A DNA stretch of 62,506 nucleotides, counting the filler, from Rhabdomonas costata (Eukaryota): NCBI GenBank assembly GCA_019059605.1. It is 33 parts of 33 records of this genome, joined end to end, with 100 filler letters (N's around TTAATTAATTAA, not from the genome) between each part and the next. Parts side by side here need not be neighbours in the genome. Positions count along the whole stretch, not along the records: positions 51,222 to 53,020 come from JAHMHO010008907.1; positions 53,121 to 54,917 come from JAHMHO010008908.1; positions 55,018 to 56,814 come from JAHMHO010008909.1; positions 56,915 to 58,713 come from JAHMHO010008910.1; positions 58,814 to 60,609 come from JAHMHO010008911.1; positions 60,710 to 62,506 come from JAHMHO010008912.1; 27 more parts are not named here. The stretch is one strand, 5' to 3'. Below, piece by piece: positions 52,216 through 62,506 of this stretch. Made by a program: the position numbers and the translations under genes. The notes beneath the pieces were generated by a model. That model searched no databases. It was given only the letters and a program-made list of their open reading frames with translations, and was not told the origin of the DNA. How positions within the stretch are numbered: the stretch's first letter is position 1; every line of letters starts with the position of its first letter.

Positions 52216-52419
52216 GTCCACTTCAAGAGCAAGTCGTGCAGCGTTCCGGAGGACCTGGGGCTGTTCTGCAAGCCCACGGGGCTGATCGTGCAGGACAAGG
52301 AGCGCCGGCGGCAGGCCGAGGAGGAGGCCGCGCGGGCGGCCCGGATTGACACCCTGGGGCTAGCCCACTTTGTGCACCGCGCATACCCCGTCTTCCGCAC
52401 CCTCCTCAGCGAGGCAGAG
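52216..52419 (+). CDS. Hypothetical protein exon (VHFKSKSCSVPEDLGLFCKPTG...LLSEAE)
   Basis: AG/GT-bounded, 68 codons, very high GC3. Confidence 0.6.
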
Positions 52420-53465
52420 GTGTGTATTTGTGTGGGTATGTGTGGGTGCAGGTGGGGGCAGGTGAGGCAGACGTTTTTCCGTTTCTTAAAAATAGAGCGT
52501 TAAAAAAAGAACGGAAATTTCCACCGTGAACGTGTCACGTGTCGGGCCAACTTTTTCGCCAGTGCTACCACACAGCCTTCGAGTCGTCGGTCGCGAGGAC
52601 CCCCATTAGATTCTCCACCAATGCTAACCTGCGGTTAGATCAAAACATCAACATCAAGTCTTAATACCAATGAAGCATGTGCCATTCCAAGTGCTTGGGT
52701 TCTATATTGGGGATGGAGGGTGTTAAACCGCTATACCTTCTTTGTTCGGTATAATACCGCCGCGCTTGGGGTCCGGTTTTGTAGGTTTTTTGGTCCGATT
52801 GTCGGGTTTTGGAAGCTATGCGTGCGAGTCCGGGCCACTGAACCAGACCAAGTTCTCACTTTTCTGCTTTCCATTCGGATGCATCCTTTGCTTATTTTCA
52901 TTCAGAATGCCACTGACTCAGGCCGCGCGGCGAAGTCTAGCACTTCCTTCTCCAGCTCCGTGACCAGCCTGCCCGCGCTTCCTCTGCTGGCGGGGAGACA
53001 GCTGGTGGCCTTCCCCCCCCNNNNNNNNNNNNNNNNNNNNNNNNNNNNNNNNNNNNNNNNNNNNTTAATTAATTAANNNNNNNNNNNNNNNNNNNNNNNN
53101 NNNNNNNNNNNNNNNNNNNNCCCGTGCATGTCGCTACTTTGCTTCATGTACAGGTTTGTTGTTTCACTGAGGACGTTTCTTTTTGCGGTTTGAGGCCTTT
53201 GCTGGAGGGAAAGTGAAAGGCTGGAACCGCAACCACCGCAATAGAAAGTTACTTCGGTTACAGATGCGGTGGTACCGCTGCAAGTCAGATGTCAACTGCA
53301 CACCCTTCGAATATCCGGAAATGCAAGGCATCAACAGCACCACTGCCAGCCACTGCCGCTATCAACAATACAAATCGGGCGTTTCACATGAAGGCCTTGA
53401 AACATAACAACGAGACACAACGCAGAACTGGAGCGGCATGATGGAGTGACTGACATTGTGGAAAC

Positions 53466-54575
53466 CTGAAATGCTGCGAACGTGGGGTCATCTGTCAGCG
53501 TCTCCAGCTGAGAGCCGAAGGCCAAGGATAAGGTTGGCAAAGCAGAGGACAGCAAGGTGCCCTCGTTGACCTGCACCCAGTCATGCATCCCAGATCTCCC
53601 AGTACAAACGACTGTTGGTCCCAGCGGAGCAGAGAAAAAAGCTATTGAGCACAGCCTCATCCGCTTCACCGGTTTATGTCATAGAGGGTTGAATATGAGC
53701 AGGGCTCACGTGGCACAAGTCAGGAAAGGAATTTGTGTATGTCCCAAGCAAGATGTTCGGAGCAGCAGATGCAATATACAAAAGGATGCAGTCAGCAGTA
53801 AGTCGGTCGGCAGATATGACCTTTCAACCAGTAAAACACAGAAGTTTCATAGAAAGCTGAGGAGGGGAAGGGAGGGGTTGCACAACGTTTTGGAGGATCT
53901 GCTCCGAAGCCGAGGCCACCGCCAGCCTCTGGGTCACTGTGAATTGGGCCGCTGTGGTGGTCACTGGGGCGGCATCCAATTGTACAGCAGCGCCATCTCC
54001 AGTCTGAAGGGAACACCCCCCGCCCGCAACCTAACATTATGGTGACACACAGGAGAGTCGCTTCACTCCATGCCTTTCTCGCAGTGAGGCCAGACATTCC
54101 TCTTTCTTCCATAGCCTTTCTTCTGTCAGGGTGCAGGATTCACAGCTGAATGGAAAGCTGAGCAGTATGGAGAAACGCAATATCAAACCACAGGTTCTCC
54201 GACACAACAGCTGCTCAGCACACCGCCAACGTTTTTTCTCTTCCTGGCTCGCTTGCTGGCTTGCCTCCAAAAAGCCCCTCTCTGTCGCTCCAAAAAAGGG
54301 TCGCTCCCACGTGTCTCCAGCGCACCTTCTCCACCACAGCCCACTCCACGGAGTACTCCCCCGCCAGCCCTGGAGCAGCAAAGCACAGGCTGGTCTGAGC
54401 GGGGTACAACAGGAAGTGCCGCACCACAGCCGCACCCTTGGTTCCACCGAAGCCCAGCAGACGAACCAAAACCAGCAGGCGGTGCTCCCGAAGGGGACCC
54501 CCCAGGAGAGCCCCAGGGGAGCTCGTCAGCCGCAGGGTCAGCTTCTGCCCTGGCAGCACAGGGGTGGAGGTTTGC
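53466..54575 (-). CDS. Hypothetical multi-exon gene fragment
   Basis: GC3-rich exon ending VEWAVVEK|GT at 54326, and a further exon ending PTFAAFQ|GT near 53466. Confidence 0.4.
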
Positions 54576-55378
54576 AGCTCTGCCGCCGAGCTGCCACCCC
54601 AATCTTTCCGAAAAAGCATCCAAAACAAAACAGAAATTCGCATTGCTCCTTTCGCAGATACATCATGCCTTGATCCAACGGGAGGCGAAGTGAGAGCGAA
54701 GCAGGGGTCATCCGACAATGGCGTTATTCTCAACAAGGGTCAAGATGCTGTGGAAGAAGCAAGGTCAACCCCAATCGAAAGATGGGAAATTGCTCATGAG
54801 AGAGGATGCGCAATCAGAGCTTTGCCCTTTGAAGAAAAATGCGGAGAAGACATTGAATCCAAACTCCCCCAAATCAGCCAGCTTGCACCTAACACTTCAG
54901 CACACGTAACAAAAAAANNNNNNNNNNNNNNNNNNNNNNNNNNNNNNNNNNNNNNNNNNNNTTAATTAATTAANNNNNNNNNNNNNNNNNNNNNNNNNNN
55001 NNNNNNNNNNNNNNNNNTTGTGGGGGTTCAGTTTTCCGGGAAGACGGGGAGGGGAAGAACAAAGCGGAGTTGAGGAGGGACTGCACATAAGGCTGTGACT
55101 GCACTACCACTGATTCAGCGGGAGCTTCTCTTCCTCAAAAAGGAGAAACGTGACGGCAGTGTGTATAAAGGAGTGTGATATGGATGAGGGCGGTCGACTG
55201 AAGATTGCGACGTTATCAAGGTATACATAAAGTTTAACTAGCATTTCGAAGCGTTCAAGTTGCGGAAATAGAGGGGAACAGCTTTGGTGAGGTCAACTTC
55301 AACGAAAACGTGTTTCATTCCAGCGACCGGTTGCAGGGCTGGTAGGCGCGGATTTGGTGGAGTTGAGGAGGGCTGGAC

Positions 55379-55485
55379 CTGCACGCGATGTCCCTGCTGA
55401 TGTTGGGGACCAGGTACCGCATTGACAAGGTGATGGGCTGGGATAGCCCAGACACCGGAATGACGTTCCCAAGGGCGTCACGGAC
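55379..55485 (-). CDS. Exon resembling the REJ/GAIN-GPS region of polycystin-1-like proteins
   Basis: AG/GT-bounded VRDALGNVIPVSGLSQPITLSM...IACR resembles the pre-GPS 'VxNLxxPIxI...C' segment. Confidence 0.4.
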
Positions 55486-56924
55486 CTGCACACCAGGAGA
55501 TACGGAGAGAAAAGGTATGAACGAGAAACAAAAAGATCTGCACAGAATGAGGGATGGTGAAAAAGAGGGGACAACCCAGTGCTTTCAACAAAACAGCACA
55601 TCCGACTGCCCGGAACCAAGAAAAGGAAAACAGCTTTCAGTCTTGCCGAAACAATCCAAAAACAAGGTCCCTAACCCTTACCACGTGCTCCTGTTTTTCA
55701 AGTGTATCCGCGGAACACCCTCCAAAAAGAACGAGCAACTTATCGTCCATCCACAGTCATCTAATTCTCCCTTTATCTATCGTTGGTGTACAGCTCTCCG
55801 GCTAACCCTGCTTCTTTGAGGTTTGCCAGATAACGAAGGGTTTCCGTCTAAAATGAAATATCCAATGGATTTGTGTTTTGTGCAATCTTCGGTGAATACT
55901 GCCAGATGCAAAGAGCTCCTTCCGAGTGCACCAACATTCTGGGTATGCTAACTTTGCGCTCTTTTTTTTTTTGCCACAGTGGCCAATTGCTCGGCTGGAG
56001 AATAGGTTTGCTTTATGTGTGACAGTGTCAAATCTACTTGTCTATTGGTATCTATCTATTGCTGAACCAGTTGTACAGTAAAGAAAGGTGCACATAAGTG
56101 TGTGGTTTTCTATCACTTATTTCCAATAGTGGTGCTACCTGCGGTATGATCAAAATTTCTAGGGAAGCTTTCAAGGACCAGATCGGGACTTACTTAAACA
56201 CAAGTTTGCTTCCAACACCGAAACCGCACAGAAGCACACAGCCAAACCGCACAAAATTTGATTCTCGTTCGTTCGCGGGAAGTGAACGTGCTTTTTCCAA
56301 AACCCCACGGAAGGCGTGGATAGGGACCCCACAACAACTTGGGAGCGTCGGCAGGTTCGGCTGGAGGGTCTCTTCCACGGGAACTACACACATCAACATC
56401 ACCTTTATCTCCTCATCACAGGCCATGCATATCATGTGTGCGACTCTCGTGAAAACACGCCCTCCACCGTGTCAGCAACCAACCTGCGCACTTGCGTGAG
56501 GGCAACAATATTTTGAGTTCAATGAGCGGCAAGGAGTCATTTCCTCATACCGTCCTCCTATTATGGAATGGCAACATTCTTCTCGGAGCCATCCTGATCG
56601 CACTGCTGGCACATCCAAGGCTCGCCTGAGAAATCTGGAAAAAAAAGTCAACTCCATCATCACACTTCAGCGAACGTCAGTGCACGACAACAGAAAGAGT
56701 AAAAGTTCACTGACTTGGTGTGCTCAAATACCGGAGACCTTCAGTGTACCAACGACAGTGAACCTAGGATTTCCATTCACGGCACCCCAAGGAAAATGCC
56801 AAGGACCACAAACANNNNNNNNNNNNNNNNNNNNNNNNNNNNNNNNNNNNNNNNNNNNTTAATTAATTAANNNNNNNNNNNNNNNNNNNNNNNNNNNNNN
56901 NNNNNNNNNNNNNNTGTTGTGGGG

Positions 56925-57534
56925 TACCATGCTCATTCTAGCTGGGGCGGGTGAATCCATGGCCTTCCATCACTCCTCAGTGCTCCCTACGCCCATGGTC
57001 CTGGCTCAGCACTTGCTGGCTGGGTTTGTGCTTGGCGCCGCGATGCACCGCAGCGGAGCGTTCTCCCGGGTGGTGCCCCGCTTGATTACCGGCCTGGGTT
57101 GGGAGATGAACCCTCTGCAGGGCCTGGCTGCCGTCGTGGCCGCCAGAAGGGCGCAGGGGTCGGCCTGGTCCTCCCCCGTGGCCCTGGCTCTGCACCACGA
57201 CGAGGATGCGATCATCCCTGCACCTGTCCAGCTGGGCACCGCGATTCGAGCTCGGCCGGAGCTTGGGCTGGAGGCTGCCGTGCAGTGTGTGCGGCTGTCG
57301 AAGAGTTACTGGGGAAAGTACGGGCCCATGACCGCAGGGAACATGTACCACAACTACTGCCTTCCCGTGGAGGATCCCAGGCAGTGGAACGCGGTGTTGC
57401 CCATGACCGCAGGGAACATGTACCACAACTACTGCCTTCCCGTGGAGGATCCCAGGCAGTGGAACGCGGTGTTGCCGATGGTCGCAGCCCTGTTTGGACC
57501 CGCTGGCGCTGGGGTGGCAGCGAAGCCCCCCTGA
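56925..57534 (+). CDS. Alpha/beta-hydrolase-like protein, C-terminal part, with 25-aa tandem duplication
   Basis: LALHHDEDAIIP (acid motif) and a downstream HN (catalytic His position). Stop at 57532-57534. Confidence 0.5.
57324..57476 (+). repeat. Perfect 75-bp tandem duplication
   Basis: Identical units start at 57324 and 57399, in frame (PMTAGNMYHNYCLPVEDPRQWNAVL x2). Confidence 0.95.
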
Positions 57535-58040
57535 AACTGCCCGCACATTGCGGGGGCATCATACTGGAAGCCAATAATTTGCTGTTTTGTGTTTCTCACG
57601 TTTGCACCCTGCGGCCCGCTTTGTGTGCTGAGGCTGCTCAACAGGTCTGGTAGATACCAATACGTTCATTCCTCTTCGTTATGCCATGCACCTCCTCCAG
57701 TCACAGATAGACGGCCCCAAGGCAGAGGCAGAGGAGAAAATGCCGCAGGAGAGGGCAAGAAGAGGCTGCAGCGCAGTCATACGTTAGCGCAGCAACGCCT
57801 GCAGATACCGCTGCTGCCCGTTCACACACAGGATGACAGGGGCGCAAAAAACCCGAGCAGCTCAGTTAGACGCCCTACTCCCTTCTCACCCCACCCAGCC
57901 CATCAAGACAGTTGTTGTGTTGCCACCCAGTTTTGCCATCAAGTTAAGTCTGCTTTACACGGAGTCGGGGCAAGGATTTTGCGGCCTGTGCGCTATGTGT
58001 ATGTCGATGCAGTTCTTTTTCATCCGAGGAAGAGCCGTGA

Positions 58041-58712
<672 letters not shown>

Positions 58713-59133
58713 CNNNNNNNNNNNNNNNNNNNNNNNNNNNNNNNNNNNNNNNNNNNNTTAATTAATTAANNNNNNNNNNNNNNNNNNNNNNNNNNNNNNN
58801 NNNNNNNNNNNNNACCGAAGCGAAGGTTGGTTTCTGATAATTAATCTTCTGCCCTGGAGAAAAGGAAGAAGTGGGGCTTTCTTCGCGAGTATACTCCGCC
58901 GTCGAGGCGTTTCAGCTCCTCCTTGTGAGCAAAGATCCCTGTTGATGTATTGTTGTTAATGTATTTTTCTTTTGAGAGTGGGAAAGCCAAGTGTTTTCAA
59001 CTGTTGCCGCTCTGCCGTTCTGCCCGTTCTGCCCGGTCTCTCTCTCGATAATCCAGGATTCGCTCTGTCCCTTATTGCACTAATGCTCGCGTTGTCGTGC
59101 AATCGGCGAGGGCCATGGCACTTCTGCTCACAG

Positions 59134-60070
59134 GTGGTTCCGAAGAACGAGGAGGAAAGGGCCCGGCTGAGGCGAGCCCTCGCCAACAACATTCTATTCG
59201 CGAGCTTAGAAGAGCGGGACATGCAGGTTGGGCCAACTGCATTGCGGAGGGAGCTCTTTGTATCGGATGGGATGAGATTGATTTTTGGATGAGATTTGTA
59301 TCGTATGCAAAACAATACGCCGAAACTAAAGTGCTTTTGTCTTGATTCGTGATTCTGAATGGAGTTGTTTGCTTTTCCCTTTCCAGGGCCTAATTTACGT
59401 ATGTAGTCCCTCCCCCCGGAACACGTTCATCTTTCATATCAGCATTTCGTCCTCGTTGCATACATTGTCCATATGTGTGCTTTTGTACGTTTTCCCTTCC
59501 TGTATTGTTTTGACTGACCTTTCCTTTATGGCAGTTCATCTTCGACGCGATGTTCCAGAGGAGGTACCAGGCCGGAGATGTGATTATGCGCCAGGGGGAT
59601 GTCGGGGACAACTTCTACGTCTTGGACGAGGGGGAGGTGAAGATCACCATTGAGAGGGACGGCGGGAAGAAGAAGGTGAGCCCCCACCCCGTTTGACCTG
59701 CATCCCCCGGGTATTGTGGGTTCCTATATCAATGACTTTTCAATGTCTGAACCGTTCATTCAGTTGCCTCTGTGTTTTCTTCATTGCCTTCACTGTGTTC
59801 TCTTCACCAATTAAGATGTGCAATCAGGTTACTCTGCCCCATCAAGAGCAACGTATTCCCTTGCACGCACATGTATTTGGTTCTATTGCAGAGATGATCG
59901 CGTTTTCTTGCGAATCCCGCTGCAAATGAGGAAGGCTTTCATCCCCAGCTGAGGAATTTCTTCCTTTTTCTGTAATGTTCCTGCTGTTGTTGGTGATAAT
60001 GGCTCAAGCTGGGGAGACCTTTGGGGAGCTGGCGCTGATGTACGGCACCACTCGCGCGGCCACCATTGAG
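59134..60070 (+). CDS. PRKAR: cAMP-dependent protein kinase regulatory subunit, CNB-A exons (59134-59226, 59535-59675, ~59993/60009-60070)
   Basis: [12 protein letters not shown]...[26 protein letters not shown] and the phosphate-binding cassette [15 protein letters not shown]. Confidence 0.9.
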
Positions 60071-61959
60071 GTGCACGCCCCTCCCTCTCGCTTTCCATCG
60101 CATCTCGGTGGCTGTAGTTAGCAGAAGGATGTCTTACGTCCTTCTGTGCCACCTCCCTGATTTAAGCTTGGCAGAAAGATTCAAAACCGCTTGTCCGATA
60201 TTTCGAAGGTGCCCTCTACTGCACTGTACACATATTTCGAAGGTGGTGCTTTCTATTTCGTATTGACATTTGCACATAAAAAGCCAATGTGCACTTCATG
60301 GGGATATAAATTCCTACCTTTTTGCTCATGATTCCATGAGACCCAGGTTTTTCGTTCACCATCTATAACTGTTTTGCTTAATTCGGGTTCAGGCCGATGT
60401 TCGCCGTATCTTTTCTTTTTCGTGCTGAGCTTACAGCCACTATACTACAATGTCTCTGGGAATACTATATCTCTGGCCCCGTTGACGTGTGCATGTCGAT
60501 TCCAAACGTCATGGACCTCGGTTATCCAAGGGCGAGGTGAGTGGGTGTGGGTGTAAGCTCAGCACGAAAAAGAAAAGATACGGCGAACATCGGCCTGAAC
60601 CCAAAAAACNNNNNNNNNNNNNNNNNNNNNNNNNNNNNNNNNNNNNNNNNNNNTTAATTAATTAANNNNNNNNNNNNNNNNNNNNNNNNNNNNNNNNNNN
60701 NNNNNNNNNGTGTGGGGGGTGAGTGTTTTGCTTTGTACACTTTCTGTTGTGCGAGAAGGGCGGGGGACGGGTGAGCAAATCACTGAACTGGTGAACTGCC
60801 AGTGGCATGTGTCCGATAAGAACAAGGAGCAGCCATGGCAGGCTGCACAGCCAACAGAAGACTCGAAAGCCAGGACGTCGGTGGCATACCATGCTGGAAG
60901 CAAGTACTCAAAAACCAGCACTCAGATGTTCAGCACGCTGAACTTTGCATTAAGAACGTGCAGTGCATCGAAACCAACAAGAGAATACAACGCTGAGGAC
61001 GAGGAATGTGGAAAGCGGGTGTATTTACTCATTGCAGGACATTGCAAGGCAATCGATGCTCGCCTTCCTTCTGGAGTCGAAGCATACGGGTAAAACTATG
61101 CAAGCCTCTCTGAACTTGCGGCGGCGTTGGTGCAGTCTCAACACTTCACTACAAAATATCGAAGGCACAAAGGAGAACTGACTCATGGTTTGAGGGACTG
61201 ACGGATTTGATGAGTTTGATGGGACAAGGAAAAGAACGTGATATGGAAGACTCGGGCTGAAAAAGCGAGCGCATATCTTTCATTTCCATCAGTTGACCAG
61301 AGGCGCTCTCCTGCAAATTATTCATTGTGACGGAAGCGATTCACCCGCACACAGCAAGTCAGAACACCCCCCCTTAGTTCGGATCAATACCAAAAGGCCC
61401 ACCTTCCCAAGCTCCTGACAAAAAACTGCTCCAAATCTCAAAGGTAAGGCGGCAATGTGGCAGATGTCAGATCAGCTGCTGCTGCAAACAGCTGCAGTTG
61501 CAACTCTCTGCGCTTTCAGGAATGCTGCGCCCCGAGCAAGAACATTACTTTCACCTGTGCAGAGAGAGAGACATAGAGAGAACCAGAAGAAGTGCGATTT
61601 TTACCTCTCCGACAAAGTCAGGGAGCATTGGTAAGATTACAAATTCAAGGAGGTATGCGCGAACCCAAGGGAGGGCGAGATGGTCAACGGCAGAGGAGTG
61701 GGCGGCAGCGGTAGGGGTGACCTTATTTTGTACAGTTCTTGTGTGTGGATAGGGGACAGAAACCAGCTGCTCATGACACACTTTGCTGCTGTTGCCATGT
61801 GCAGGTTTCTTGTGACTGACGACGTCCCCTTTTGCTCTCTTGTTTTCGCCTGCGCGCGCGTTTGAGTGGAAACTCGAGAGTAACCACCACTCTAAAAAGA
61901 CACTCTGAGGCGAAAAGGGTTGGTTGTGAGGGCGTCAGAGACATATAAGAGACATTAAC

Positions 61960-62001
61960 GAGAGAGAGAGAGAGAGCAGCAGCAGCAGCAGCAGCAGCAG
62001 C
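61960..62001. repeat. Compound (GA)n-(GCA)n microsatellite
   Basis: Directly visible. Confidence 0.85.
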
Positions 62002-62506
62002 GAAAACCATCACCCACGTCAAGAGCCCACCTCATTCACTGACTACGGTCGCTAAGCACAGCTCTGGCCTCTGCCTCCTGTCTCAGTCGTTCGCAAGAGC
62101 AACAGGGAAACTCTAATAAGCCAGCATCTAGAGGTGCTGGTCGCATATGTAACCAAGTAAAAAAATCATCTCCTAGCACGCGCTGCCACAGTTTCTCAAA
62201 TCCTATTCCATTGTGCAAATTCACGTCAGATTTTCAGTCCTTTTTTCTTCGCCAACATCAAACTATCCTACCCCCAGCGCACATACCCACACAAAGAAAC
62301 AGCAGGGCACCTGACACATCTTGTCTGCCAGTCGTTCACCTACCCGTGGGGACTCAATTTTCAGCAGTCCTCGAGGTGGACTTCAGCCGGCACCACACCA
62401 CCCGATGCTTCGAGAAAACCTCCACCCCGGGAAGCCCAGCAATCATAGCCGAGGCGCTTCCTCCGTGGTGTTTCCTGCAGTTCAGATAGAAGTCCTACCC
62501 CCCACC

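Noticed and set aside
55300-55378. Possible euglenid-type nonconventional intron (GTCCAG...CTGCAACC) after the GPS-like exon
   Set aside because: CAG/CTG positions fit, but the arms barely pair and the joined peptide has no recognisable homology.

Overview
This window is not a contiguous locus. It is 33 unrelated contigs of about 1.8 kb joined by artificial 100-nt spacers (N44-TTAATTAATTAA-N44). Many contigs begin with G/T-only tracts and end with A/C-only tracts, which look like whole-genome-amplification primer remnants. Thirty-two contigs come from an intron-rich flagellated eukaryote, inferred to be euglenozoan-like. They carry exon fragments of P5C dehydrogenase, outer-arm dynein, a polycystin-2-like channel, a divergent PPDK, an LHT-like amino-acid permease, ENGase, an SGNH/PC-esterase, a HAMP-adenylate cyclase, DNA Pol epsilon, calpain, an RS-domain protein, an O-fucosyltransferase-like protein, an alpha/beta hydrolase, class III ADH and a PKA regulatory subunit, plus decayed retroelements. 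One contig (47428-49224) is very AT-rich, intronless and gene-dense. It encodes a thermonuclease, a permuted papain-like NlpC/P60 protein and a Mimiviridae-type hypothetical protein, with a perfect AT palindrome between convergent stop codons, and is most likely a giant-virus fragment. Other points of interest are frequent GC splice donors, a candidate non-canonical intron, possible trans-splice acceptors, a PPDK lacking a PEP-binding arginine, and several exon duplications. All product calls rest on motif recognition by eye; no searches were run.
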